From positions 9,367 to 73,366 of the forward strand of contig CALXWT010000002.1 of assembly GCA_944392445.1 (NCBI GenBank): 64,000 bases of DNA, in the 5' to 3' direction. The first letter of the stretch is position 1; each line of letters starts with the position of its first letter. The DNA comes from an uncultured Clostridia bacterium. Lineage in GTDB: Bacteria; Bacillota; Clostridia; TANB77; CAG-508. The translations under genes were made by a program, and so were the position numbers. The notes below the pieces were generated by a model. The model saw only the letters and a list, made by a program, of their open reading frames with translations. It was not told the origin of the DNA and did no database searches. Below are positions 39,893-49,542 of this stretch, piece by piece.

Positions 39893-40147
39893 TTTATTCT
39901 CCTTCGTTTTTATTTGCACCATTATTATATTTTGCAAAATGTAACAAAATAATACTTGTATTTTTTTCCTTTTTTAAAATTTTCTACAATATAATCACAG
40001 TTCTGTTATTATTTTATCTTTTTTTATAAAAAAGTCAATATAAATCATTATAATTTAATATAAATGTAATATTTTCGTAATATTTTTGTAATATTTGTTT
40101 TTAAATTTTATAAAAAAAAAGAATATAATCCTTTTTTCGACATTCTA

Positions 40148-40999
40148 TTATACTAAAGAAAAATATAATAGAACTATTATTCCTAATATAATTCTGTAGT
40201 ATCCAAATACTTTAAAGTCATGTTTTTTAATATAATCCATTAAAAATTTAATTACAAACATTGATATAATAAAGGATACTAACATTCCTACTATTAATAT
40301 TGCTATCTCTGCAGTTGTAAATGCTAATCCAAATTTCAATAATTTTAATAAACTTGCTCCAAGCATTGTTGGAATTGCTAAGTAAAATGTAAATTCTGCT
40401 GCATTTGGTCTTGATAGTCCAATTAATAAGCCTCCAATAATTGTTGCACCTGAACGTGAAGTTCCTGGGAATATTGCAGCTAATAATTGGAATATTCCTA
40501 TTATTACCGCATCTTTATATGTAATTTCAGAGCTTTTATCTTTACCACCTTTTTTATTTTTATTCCAGTTCTCTATTACAATAAAAGCTACTCCAAAAAC
40601 AATTAAAGCAATTGCTATGCATATTGGATTATAAAATAATGCTTCAAAAACATCATCAAACAATATTCCTATAATAGCTGCAGGTATGCATGCAACCAAT
40701 ATTTTGCCCCACAAATTCATAATGTTTTTATCAAAAAAAGATAAAACTCCTTTTGATTTAATTGCTTTTTCTTTATTTTTTGTAAATGGCCATATTTGCT
40801 TAAAATATATTAAAATAACAGCAAAAATTGCTCCTAACTGAATAACTACTTGAAACATTGACCAGAACTCTGGTGAAACATTTTCAAATTTTATAAATTG
40901 CTCTGCTAAAATTAAATGTCCCGTACTACTAATAGGTAACCATTCTGTTATACCTTCTATTATTCCAAATATAATAGATTTTATAATGTCTAAAAACAT
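40148..40999 (-). CDS. uppP: Undecaprenyl-diphosphatase
   Basis: ...EGITEWLPISSTGHLIL... and ...PGTSRSGATIIGGLLIG... are UppP/BacA motifs. Confidence 0.9.
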   Translation of the reverse strand: MFLDIIKSIIFGIIEGITEWLPISSTGHLILAEQFIKFENVSPEFWSMFQVVIQLGAIFAVILIYFKQIWPFTKNKEKAIKSKGVLSFFDKNIMNLWGKILVACIPAAIIGILFDDVFEALFYNPICIAIALIVFGVAFIVIENWNKNKKGGKDKSSEITYKDAVIIGIFQLLAAIFPGTSRSGATIIGGLLIGLSRPNAAEFTFYLAIPTMLGASLLKLLKFGLAFTTAEIAILIVGMLVSFIISMFVIKFLMDYIKKHDFKVFGYYRIILGIIVLLYFSLV

Positions 41000-41096
41000 A
41001 TCTTTCTTGTATGATATATTTAATAACTTAAATAACCATACGACTCCTTTCTTTTTTTGCTTTTTATATTATATCATATATTATTTATATAATATA

Positions 41097-42053
41097 TTAA
41101 ATTTTTATTAATTTATCAATTGTTTCTTTTATATACTTTCCTGCTGTTCTTGGCATTTCTTTTCCCGGAATTCCTAGAGCAGTTATTACTTTTAGTCCAA
41201 GCTTATTTGCACTTTCTTTGTTAATTCCTCCTGGAGCAGATGCCACATCTATTATTAAAACATTTTTATTAAATAATTTTAGTTGTTCTTCTTCTAATAT
41301 TATTTGTGGTACTGTATTAATTAATATATCAATCTTGTCTGCAAAATTTGATATTTCCGTATATCGTAATGGTATATATCTTTTTTCTCTTATCCAAGCT
41401 AAATCGCTTTCTTTTCGAGCTACGCAATACACATTGGCTCCTAATTTATTAAATCTGTCACATAATATCTTGCCAATTCTTCCAAAACCACATACAAGCA
41501 CATTGCTTTCATGTATTGTTTCTTCTCTTTCTTCTATTGCGAGCTTAATTGTGCCTTCAACCGTTGGAATTGCATTTAAAATAGTAAGTTCTTCTACTTT
41601 TAGCAAATCTACTAAATCTATATTTTCTATTTTTTTTGTTTCTTTTTCGATATAGTAGTTTTTTGGAATTCCACCCGCAAAAAATATTTTACTTGAAGTT
41701 TCATTAAAAAGTTTGTTTTTTAATTCTTCCAGTTTAATTTCTTCATTTGCAAATGGAGCATTTACAGTAATTTTGTCTTTTGTAAAAGGCATGCCACTTA
41801 CAATACAATTTGAATTTGCAATAACTTCTTCTAAGCTGTTGCATAAAAAAATGTTGTTAAACTTTTCATTGCTTCTATGTACTTCATCATTTATATTTTT
41901 ATTATGTACTTTTGCCTCTGTCTGTTTGCTATAGCCTTTTTCTTTATCAAAATATTTTTCTAAACCATAAGTATATACGTTATAGTTATCTTTTGCATAC
42001 ATTTCTGCTAATCTTATAATACGCAAATCTCCACCTATTATAGATATATTCAT
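41097..42053 (-). CDS. dpaA: Dipicolinate synthase subunit A (SpoVFA/DpaA)
   Basis: ...NAIPTVEGTIKLAIEE...VCGFGRIGK...LGANVYCVARK...IDILINTVP...LIIDVASAPGG...ALGIPGKEMPRTAG... aligns block-by-block with B. subtilis SpoVFA (match recalled from memory). Confidence 0.75.
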   Translation of the reverse strand: MNISIIGGDLRIIRLAEMYAKDNYNVYTYGLEKYFDKEKGYSKQTEAKVHNKNINDEVHRSNEKFNNIFLCNSLEEVIANSNCIVSGMPFTKDKITVNAPFANEEIKLEELKNKLFNETSSKIFFAGGIPKNYYIEKETKKIENIDLVDLLKVEELTILNAIPTVEGTIKLAIEEREETIHESNVLVCGFGRIGKILCDRFNKLGANVYCVARKESDLAWIREKRYIPLRYTEISNFADKIDILINTVPQIILEEEQLKLFNKNVLIIDVASAPGGINKESANKLGLKVITALGIPGKEMPRTAGKYIKETIDKLIKI

Positions 42054-42112
42054 AAACTCATCAGCCTCCTATAATTTTATTATATGACGGAGGTTTTATT
42101 TAAGACTAAGTG

Positions 42113-42245
42113 AAGTGTGTATTTTTTACTTTGGGTTTACGTTCCCCCAACATCGCACAGACTGTACAAACTTCTTTTTTACAATTTGTAAGCTTGTCGG
42201 TCCCCACCTTAAGAACTTCAACCCAAAGTAAAAAATACAGATGTT
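42113..42245. repeat. Palindromic element family 2, copy 2 (terminal inverted repeats gtattttttactttgggtt / aacccaaagtaaaaaatac; core ggtggggaccgacaagcttacaaattgt...gtttgtacagtctgtgcgatgttggggg, opposite orientation)
   Basis: The core is about 85% identical to 12040-12125 in reverse complement. Different terminal inverted repeats bound it. Confidence 0.5.
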
Positions 42246-42269
42246 GCTCGGTCTTGATTAAAATAGATA

Positions 42270-43475
42270 CTAACCTCTTTGCTTTTCGTTCTTTTCTATT
42301 TCTTTTTCCTTCAAATTTTTCATCATTTTTAAATCATCATTATTTAGTTCACTAATCAGCGAACAAGTTTTAGATAAATGGTTTAATGCTTTACGTTCTT
42401 TTAACAATAATTTAGTTTGTTTCTTTTCCTCCATTTTTTCTTTTTCTGGTTTTTTTATTTCATTTTTTATCGGAGTAAATACTGTCTCCTTTTGAGCTTT
42501 TTTATATATTTTAGGGTCTAATTCTACAGCAATGTTCATATAGTTTGTTGCTTTTTCTTTATCACCTTTTAGCATAGCTACTTGTGATAAATAATAATAT
42601 GAACCTGCTTCTACATCTTCTCCCTTTAAACTTTCTTTAAAATATTGTTCTGCTTCGTCTAAGTCACCTGCAATTAGGGCAATCTGCCCTATGCTTAGTT
42701 TTGCATTATATAATAATGAATTTATCTCTGCAGCTTTCTCATAAAACTCTTTCGCTCTTTGGAAGTCATTTGTCATTGTAAATACCATTCCCAAGTTATA
42801 GTATAAATCATAATTTCCCGGATTGTATCTTAGTGCATTCATATATACATTTATTGCCTCTTTGTACCTTTCGTTTGCACATAAAACTTCTCCAAGTAAA
42901 TTAGTTGCTTCATAATATTCTGGATTCTTTTTTAGTATATCTTGCAGTACTGTAATAGCCTCTTCTGACCTCTCTGTTTTACTCAAAAGTCTTGCTATAT
43001 TGTAATTTAATTTAATGTCTTTATTGTTTATCTCTGTAGCACGTATGTATTCATCTACTGCTACTGAATATTTTTCTTCTTTTTCATATACCTCTGCTAA
43101 GGTTTTATGGCCTATATAGCTTTCTGGGTATTTATTTATTAGCTTAAACAAATAATCTTTTGCTTTTTCTGTATTTCCAGAATGTAATGCAATTTTTGCT
43201 AAAATAATATTTAGCATCTCTGGAAAATCCATTTTTGTTTTATATTCAGCTAATAGTATAATTCCTGGTATTGCTATTGCAAGAATATACATTATTATTT
43301 TAAAGAAAATATTAAAGGTAACATTTGAAAGTAGTTCTATAAAATTTATTACTATTCCTATAAATTCTAATACTAAAATGTATATATAGCTTGTATCATT
43401 TTTCTTAATAAATCTTCCAAAAACTATTATAAAAATAGCAAAAGCTAATAAATTAAAAATTATCTTTTCTATCAC
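42270..43475 (-). CDS. Membrane-anchored TPR-repeat protein
   Basis: 401 aa. N-terminal transmembrane helices, then multiple TPR-like repeats and a Lys/Glu-rich tail. Confidence 0.7.
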   Translation of the reverse strand: MIEKIIFNLLAFAIFIIVFGRFIKKNDTSYIYILVLEFIGIVINFIELLSNVTFNIFFKIIMYILAIAIPGIILLAEYKTKMDFPEMLNIILAKIALHSGNTEKAKDYLFKLINKYPESYIGHKTLAEVYEKEEKYSVAVDEYIRATEINNKDIKLNYNIARLLSKTERSEEAITVLQDILKKNPEYYEATNLLGEVLCANERYKEAINVYMNALRYNPGNYDLYYNLGMVFTMTNDFQRAKEFYEKAAEINSLLYNAKLSIGQIALIAGDLDEAEQYFKESLKGEDVEAGSYYYLSQVAMLKGDKEKATNYMNIAVELDPKIYKKAQKETVFTPIKNEIKKPEKEKMEEKKQTKLLLKERKALNHLSKTCSLISELNNDDLKMMKNLKEKEIEKNEKQRG

Positions 43476-43496
43476 ATCTTTTCACCACCTTGCCTA

Positions 43497-43600
43497 CGTG
43501 GACAAAAGGGTCATTCCTTTTTGTCCACATTTATTTTTGCATATTCTTTTTTCAGTTCACTATTTAATCGTGTGAACAAAAGGCAGTAGTCCCTTTGTCC
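43497..43600. repeat. Paired-hairpin element, family 3, copy 3 (more degenerate)
   Basis: cgtggacaaaagggtcattcctttttgtccacat ... cgtgtgaacaaaaggcagtagtccctttgtccatgg. It overlaps the 3' end of the ppa ORF. Confidence 0.55.
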
Positions 43601-44130
43601 ATGGTTGCAAATTTTTCGTCATATTTTTTCATACATTTTTCTATTATCTTTTCTGCTTCTTCTCTTCCAAGCATTCTGTCAACTGTAGTTGTTTTTCCTT
43701 CTAGTTGTTTATACACCTCAAAGAAATGCTTTATTTCGTCTGAAATATGGTTTGGAAGTGCAGATATATCATTATATACATTTAAGTATGGGTCTCTTTT
43801 AGAAATAGCAATTATTTTTTCATCCTCTTCACCACTATCATTCATTATTAAAACTCCTATTGGATAGCATTCAACTAGAGTTAGTGGTACTATTTGCTCA
43901 TTACATAAGATTAATACATCCAATGGGTCATTATCTTCTGCGTAAGTGCGTGGAATAAAGCCATAATTTGTTGGATAATGTGTTGATGTGTATAGAACCC
44001 TATCTAGTTTTAACATTCCTGTTTCTTTATCAAGTTCGTATTTTACTTCTCCTCTTTTTGGTATTTCCACAACTCCTATAAAGTCTGTTTTTGTTATTCT
44101 TTCTTTACTTATATCGTGCCAAATGTTCAT
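43564..44130 (-). CDS. ppa: Inorganic pyrophosphatase (family I)
   Basis: ...YPTNYGFIPRTYAEDNDPLDVLIL... is the family I signature. Confidence 0.9.
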   Translation of the reverse strand: MNIWHDISKERITKTDFIGVVEIPKRGEVKYELDKETGMLKLDRVLYTSTHYPTNYGFIPRTYAEDNDPLDVLILCNEQIVPLTLVECYPIGVLIMNDSGEEDEKIIAISKRDPYLNVYNDISALPNHISDEIKHFFEVYKQLEGKTTTVDRMLGREEAEKIIEKCMKKYDEKFATMDKGTTAFCSHD

Positions 44131-44261
44131 TCGTTATCTCCTCCTATGCGTGTGACAGTTGTGTGTCAGATTACTCATTATCTACGTCACATTTTCAAAC
44201 AATATTGTAAAACAAATATGGAAAAATGTCTAGTAGTATGTTTTATATTATGTGCTTTATT

Positions 44262-44400
44262 TGTTACAATATAATGGTTTTATGCTGTATAATTTAAATC
44301 GACATATTTGAAATACTTTTTTTAGAAGTTTACTCTACCCATATAAACAGATAACAAGAATTATTTAAATTATATAGCATAAAACCATTATATTGTAACC
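44262..44400. repeat. Single-copy 38-bp inverted repeat element (ttgttacaatataatggttttatgctgtataatttaaat ... atttaaattatatagcataaaaccattatattgtaacc) with roughly 60-bp spacer
   Basis: Read directly. It lies in the ppa upstream region. Confidence 0.5.
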
Positions 44401-44468
44401 TTAATTTTTAACAAGCTAGTTTGCTTTTATATAATTGTAATGTTCACTCAGAAAACTGCGTGCAAAGG

Positions 44469-44495
44469 GGAGCCGAGACTCTCGGCTCCCCCACA
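44469..44495 (-). terminator. GC-rich hairpin terminator (gggagccgag-a-ctctcggctccc)
   Basis: It sits immediately downstream of the stop of the 117-aa secreted protein gene. Confidence 0.5.
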
Positions 44496-44511
44496 ACCTT
44501 CTACAGGAGTT

Positions 44512-44865
44512 TTATCTCTGTATCAGAGTTGTAACGGCTTCTCGGATGAACTTCTTAAAGTTCTGCCATTTCTGGCAAAACTCCTTCCATTCCTCCTTTG
44601 CCATTGCGTCTTGCCTTAGCTCCTCACGGTATGCCTGAGGATCGTCTTCACCTGTTGTTTGGTCCTCTTCTTTCTCCTCTGGCACCTCATCGATTGGCTC
44701 TGTCTCATATACCTCTTCGGTATATGCTGCGTCACCAATCTTGGTCGGAGATTCTGCATACGCAGTTGCTCCACAGGCGAAGCTCACACTGAACAGTGTA
44801 ATTGCCATTATCAAAATGGTCAACACCTTTTTTGCGAAGAGCTTCCGTTTTTCGTCTTTTCTCAT
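44512..44865 (-). CDS. Small secreted acidic protein (Sec signal peptide, AYA-ES cleavage) in a GC-rich (about 47%) patch
   Basis: MRKDEKRKLFAKKVLTILIMAITLFSVSFACGATAYA^ESPTK...; local GC is far above background. Confidence 0.55.
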   Translation of the reverse strand: MRKDEKRKLFAKKVLTILIMAITLFSVSFACGATAYAESPTKIGDAAYTEEVYETEPIDEVPEEKEEDQTTGEDDPQAYREELRQDAMAKEEWKEFCQKWQNFKKFIREAVTTLIQR

Positions 44866-45058
44866 GTTTTTTTACCTCCTGTCTCAGTAGGTTGTTTTTA
44901 CTAAGTGAAACTTTTCCACTTAGTATCGTACCGAATGCACTTTTGCATTCAACTATATTATACCATAAAACAGTGAAAATATCAAAAGAAGAAAAGCTCT
45001 AACTCTAAGCTAAAACCTTCCTTCTTTATATTTTTATTTATGTTATTATTGAACCAAT

Positions 45059-47398
45059 TTAATTATTTTTCATCAACTTTTCTTCTGCTCTTTGCACTGC
45101 TTCTCTCTCATCCCAGAAGTATTGCACTCCTTTTATTTCTTGATATTGTTCGTGTCCTTTGCCTATTAAAAGTATAATATCTCCCTCTTGTGCATTTTTC
45201 ATTGCATATTCTATTGCTTCCTGTCTATCATCTATTGTTATATATTTTCCATTGCTTCTATTTAAGCCTGTTATAATATCGTTATTTATAGATTCCATTT
45301 CTTCAAAACGTGGGTTGTCCTCTGTAAGGATAGTAAGACCTGCATATTTTCCAGATATTTCTCCCATATCAAATCTTCTATCTCTTGCTCTGTTTCCTCC
45401 ACCACCAAAGATGCATACTATTCTTTTTGGCTTGTACTCCATAATTGTTTCCATCAAATTTGTCATCTCATCTTCATTATGAGCATAATCTATAATTAAC
45501 TTGTACTTATCGTTTGAAACTGCAAGCTCCATTCTTCCTTTTACGTATGCTGTTTCTAATGCTTTTTTCATTGAATCTACCTTTAGCCCCAATTCATTTG
45601 CTATTGTTACAGCACATAAGGCATTATATACAGAGAATCTACCTGGGATTGCGACTTCAAATTTATCATTTACTTTTCCTGTTACATCAAAGCCCATTCC
45701 TAAGAACTTGTCTGTCATAATAAATTTGATGTTTTCTGCTCTTAAGTCTACATTTTCTGAATTTATACCAAACTTTATTATATCGCAAGTATGGTTTTTA
45801 GTAACGTTTTCCCAATTCTTATCATCTACATTTATTATTCCAGTTTTGCATTTTTGGAATAACAAACTTTTGCAATACATATATTCTTCAAAGCTTTTGT
45901 GCTCATTTGGTCCTATATGCTCTTTAGAAATATTTGTAAATACCCCATAGTCAAATGTAAATCCATCTACTCTATGCATTTTTAGTCCTTGTGAAGACAC
46001 TTCCATTATTGCATATTTGCAACCCTCTTCTACCATTTCTCTAAATAGCTTTTGGATTTCATAATTTTCTGGTGTAGTATTATGAAGAGTTATTTTTCTC
46101 TTTCCTATAAATGCACCAATTGTGCCAATTAGCCCAGCCTTTTCCCCATTTTCTTCAATCATTTTCTTTAAAATAGTTGAAGTTGAAGTTTTTCCTGCTG
46201 TTCCTGTAATTCCTACAACAGTTAGCTCTTTTGCTGGATATTTAAAATATGCTGATGAGATTTCTGCCATTGCTTCTCTTGAAGATTTTACCTTTATTAC
46301 TGTAACATCTTCATTAGGAATATCTATGTCTTTTTCTACCACTAATACTTTTGCACCCTTTTCTATTACATCCGGTATATATTTATGTGAGTCTGATGTA
46401 GAACCAACTTTTGCTATATACATATCGTTTGGCTCTACTTTTCTAGAATCGTCTTTAATGTCTGAAATATCTACATCTAGGCTTCCTTTTACAAGCTCAT
46501 AATCCACATTTTGTAACAAATCTTGCAATTTTGTAGTTCTATATTTGTTTATTATATCGTCTACATCAATTTCTGACTCGAATACTGTATGTGATGGGCC
46601 TTTCATAAACATTTTTCCTGTTTCTTCGTCCCAGTTAGTTTCTAGTATTCCACCTATTTGGTGAACACTTACTTTTCTATCGCATCTACCTGTTAAAACT
46701 GCTGCAACTGTAGCAGTACAACAACCTGTACCACAACCTATTGTTTCTCCTGTTCCTCTTTCCCATTCTCTCATTTTTATATTGTTTCTATCTATTACTT
46801 GGGCAAAAGTTACATTTGTTTTGTTTGGGAACAAGTCTATTTTATACTCAATAGCTTTTCCGTATTTTTCTACATCAAAATTATCTACATCATCTATAAA
46901 CATTACACAATGAGGATTTCCCCACGATACTGCAGTAATTTTAAAAGTTCTGTCTAGTATTTTTACCTCTTGCTCTACAAATTCTTTCAAGTTTGTATTT
47001 ACTGGTATTAATTTTGTATCTAATACTGGCTTTCCAATATTTGCTTCAATATTAACTGCTTTTCCATTTTCTACAGTTAATTTAACATGTTGAATTCCAC
47101 CAAGTGTTTCTATTTTTAGTTCTGTTTTATCTGTTAGTTTGTGGTCATATACATATTTACTTAAAGACCTTAAAGCATTGCCACACATTTCTCCTTCTGT
47201 TCCGTCTGGATTGAACATTCTCATTCTAAAATCTGCCACATCTGATTTGCAAATTAGCACTAGTCCATCTGAACCTACTCCAAAGTGCCTGTTGCTTATA
47301 TATTTTGCAAGCTCGTGCACATTATTTATTTTTTGATTTATTGCATCTATATATACGTAGTCATTGCCATAGGCTTGCATTTTTGTAAATCTTGTCAC
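45059..47398 (-). CDS. Fusion of diaminopimelate epimerase (DapF, N-terminal) with a MurE-type Mur ligase (C-terminal; carries the DNPR meso-DAP specificity motif)
   Basis: N-terminus MTRFTKMQAYGNDYVYID...GNPHCVMF...GTGCCTA... is DapF. C-terminus ...VVGITGTAGKTSTS...DYAHNEDEM...ILTEDNPRFE...GGGGNRARD... has Mur ligase motifs. Single 779-aa ORF. Confidence 0.8.
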   Translation of the reverse strand: MTRFTKMQAYGNDYVYIDAINQKINNVHELAKYISNRHFGVGSDGLVLICKSDVADFRMRMFNPDGTEGEMCGNALRSLSKYVYDHKLTDKTELKIETLGGIQHVKLTVENGKAVNIEANIGKPVLDTKLIPVNTNLKEFVEQEVKILDRTFKITAVSWGNPHCVMFIDDVDNFDVEKYGKAIEYKIDLFPNKTNVTFAQVIDRNNIKMREWERGTGETIGCGTGCCTATVAAVLTGRCDRKVSVHQIGGILETNWDEETGKMFMKGPSHTVFESEIDVDDIINKYRTTKLQDLLQNVDYELVKGSLDVDISDIKDDSRKVEPNDMYIAKVGSTSDSHKYIPDVIEKGAKVLVVEKDIDIPNEDVTVIKVKSSREAMAEISSAYFKYPAKELTVVGITGTAGKTSTSTILKKMIEENGEKAGLIGTIGAFIGKRKITLHNTTPENYEIQKLFREMVEEGCKYAIMEVSSQGLKMHRVDGFTFDYGVFTNISKEHIGPNEHKSFEEYMYCKSLLFQKCKTGIINVDDKNWENVTKNHTCDIIKFGINSENVDLRAENIKFIMTDKFLGMGFDVTGKVNDKFEVAIPGRFSVYNALCAVTIANELGLKVDSMKKALETAYVKGRMELAVSNDKYKLIIDYAHNEDEMTNLMETIMEYKPKRIVCIFGGGGNRARDRRFDMGEISGKYAGLTILTEDNPRFEEMESINNDIITGLNRSNGKYITIDDRQEAIEYAMKNAQEGDIILLIGKGHEQYQEIKGVQYFWDEREAVQRAEEKLMKNN

Positions 47399-47456
47399 TG
47401 TTAATTCCTCCTATTTATGTTTACTAACGTAGAAATTGGGGACTGTCCCCAATTTC

Positions 47457-48635
47457 CTATTCCATAGCTTGTTTCAAATCTGCAATAATATCATCTGCAT
47501 CTTCTATTCCTACAGATAATCTAAGTAATGTATCTGTAATTCCTAAAGCATTTCGTTTCTCTTCCGAAATTTCTGTATGTGTTCTACTTACAGGGTGAGT
47601 GATTAAACTTTCTACTCCACCTAAGCTTTCTGCAAATGTTATTAGTTTTAGGTTTGCCAATATTTTATTTACAGTTTCCATACTGTCTACTCTAAATGAT
47701 ATCATACCACCAAAGCCTGTGGTTTGTTTTTTAGTTACTGCATAGTCTTTATGGTCCTCAAAACCTACATAATATACTTGCTCAACCTTTGGTTCTTTAC
47801 GAAGCCAATTTGCTACCTTCATTGCATTTTCTGCGTGCTTGTCCATTCTTAATGCAAGTGTTTTTAGTCCTCTTAGCATTAGCCAAGAGTCCATTGGTCC
47901 TAAACCTGCTCCATAAATATACATTTGAATTTCTAGCTTTTCTCCAATTTGACTATCTTTTACAACAACTATTCCTCCTAATACATCATTATGACCTGCT
48001 AGGTATTTTGTTCCACTATGAATTACAATATCTGCACCTAATGTAAGTGGTCTTTGGAAGTATGGTGTTAAGAATGTATTATCTACAACAACTAGTGCAC
48101 CTATTTCGTGTCCTATTTTAGATATTTTTTCAATATCTGCAACTTTCATCATTGGGTTTGTTGGAGTTTCTATAAATATCATTTTTGTATTTTTCTTTAT
48201 AGTCTTTTTTAGTAAGTCTAAATCTGATAAATCTATGCTATCATATTCTACTCCATTTACAGTTAATACTTCGTTTACCTCTCTAAAAGTTCCACCATAT
48301 ATATCGTCTGACATAATTATGTGGTCGCCTGGTTTAAGTAGTGAAAATACTAGTGTAGTTGCTGCCATACCAGAATTTACAGCAAATGCTCTTGTTCCTT
48401 CCTCTAAAATTGTCATTGTTTTCTCCAATTCTTCACGAGTTGGGTTTATGCATCTAGCATAATTGTATGGGTCTTTTTTCTCAATTCCACTATGCTTAAA
48501 GGTAGCAGTTTGGTATATTGGGAAGCTTATTGAACCAGTTACTGGATCTACACCTAATGCACCGTGTACTACTTTTGATGCTAATTTTAAATTTTCCTTT
48601 CTGTCAAAATTTTGATAATCTTTTGAATCTTTCAT
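47457..48635 (-). CDS. Cys/Met-metabolism PLP-dependent enzyme (cystathionine beta-lyase / methionine gamma-lyase family)
   Basis: ...PIYQTATF... N-terminus and the ...SGTKYLAGHNDVLGG... PLP-lysine region are present. Confidence 0.8.
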   Translation of the reverse strand: MKDSKDYQNFDRKENLKLASKVVHGALGVDPVTGSISFPIYQTATFKHSGIEKKDPYNYARCINPTREELEKTMTILEEGTRAFAVNSGMAATTLVFSLLKPGDHIIMSDDIYGGTFREVNEVLTVNGVEYDSIDLSDLDLLKKTIKKNTKMIFIETPTNPMMKVADIEKISKIGHEIGALVVVDNTFLTPYFQRPLTLGADIVIHSGTKYLAGHNDVLGGIVVVKDSQIGEKLEIQMYIYGAGLGPMDSWLMLRGLKTLALRMDKHAENAMKVANWLRKEPKVEQVYYVGFEDHKDYAVTKKQTTGFGGMISFRVDSMETVNKILANLKLITFAESLGGVESLITHPVSRTHTEISEEKRNALGITDTLLRLSVGIEDADDIIADLKQAME

Positions 48636-48867
48636 GTTTATTCCCTCAGTTTCTATAATATTGTAACAGTATACTCTTAATTAAGAATATAAGCCTGTTG
48701 GTTTAAACACGCTATTATTATATACTATTTTTTTTAATTAGTACAGAGTTTTTGAGGATTTATTTTTTGACAATTATGTTAATGTGTGATATGATAATTA
48801 TCGTATAAGTAATATGCTTTGTATTACTTTTTTCGTCCTAACACATAATAATAAGGAGGAAAACATT

Positions 48868-49155
48868 ATGAAACGGAAAGCTTTGGCAATTTTGATTAAG
48901 GAGATTATAAAGAGGAATTTAGCTATAATACTAACTTTTGCTCCTTCAGCCATAGGATTTGTAGTTACATTGGCTATCGGAATAATCAGTGGTAATGACA
49001 TCGTCGCAACTATTTTTATAGCAATTGTGATTGCTATAATGTGCTTATTTCCATATGGTCTGATAATTTGTGTAATTGAAACATTCCTTCAATGGAGAAA
49101 AGAATACAATAACATTTTAGACAATTTAAATAATTGTCACGACGAAAACAAATAA
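48868..49155 (+). CDS. Small membrane protein (95 aa); start at the ATG after AAGGAGG
   Basis: MKRKALAILIKEIIKRNLAIILTFAPSAIGF... with three hydrophobic segments. A terminator follows. Confidence 0.5.
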   Translation: MKRKALAILIKEIIKRNLAIILTFAPSAIGFVVTLAIGIISGNDIVATIFIAIVIAIMCLFPYGLIICVIETFLQWRKEYNNILDNLNNCHDENK

Positions 49156-49164
49156 GCACACGTT

Positions 49165-49203
49165 TCTCCCCCCACAGCACATTTTGCCGTGGGGGCTTTT
49201 TAT
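49165..49203 (+). terminator. Rho-independent terminator (ccccac...gtgggggc + TTTTTATTT)
   Basis: Read directly. Confidence 0.5.
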
Positions 49204-49389
49204 TTCTTAAATATTAAATTCACTAAAATGCTATTAAGGAATCACTTCAATTATCTATATAGAAGAAGTGCAACTTTTTACGCACTCAAAAAGAAGGCTA
49301 CCTGATTTACAAGTGCCTTCTTTTTGATGAATAGATTTTTTGGCCAATATTGTTTAAAAGTACTGCTGTTTTATGCTTTCCCATTGTTC

Positions 49390-49542
49390 CTACCTTACCC
49401 ACAGGTAGGCAAAAACGAAAACCAGTATTCCTAAAACCACCAATGCAATGGCAGTTTTCCTGTCCTTTTCCATAAAACGCCGTATTCCCGCACTTACTAA
49501 TATAAGTGCAAGAGCAATAAATGGAAACCAATGCATTTTCAT
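49390..49542 (-). CDS. Possible 50-aa two-helix membrane peptide (MKMHWFPFIALALILVSAGIRRFMEKDRKTAIALVVLGILVFVFAYLWVR) in a GC-richer patch
   Basis: Found by hand translation. It is below the 60-aa cutoff of the ORF track and seems more plausible than the overlapping 100-aa Cys-rich ORF 49307..49609. Confidence 0.25.
   Translation of the reverse strand: MKMHWFPFIALALILVSAGIRRFMEKDRKTAIALVVLGILVFVFAYLWVR

Noticed and set aside
39938-40147. c-di-GMP riboswitch upstream of the pilus operon (as in C. difficile pilA1)
   Set aside because: Region is almost pure A/T with none of the conserved GEMM-I or GEMM-II G/C-containing motifs.
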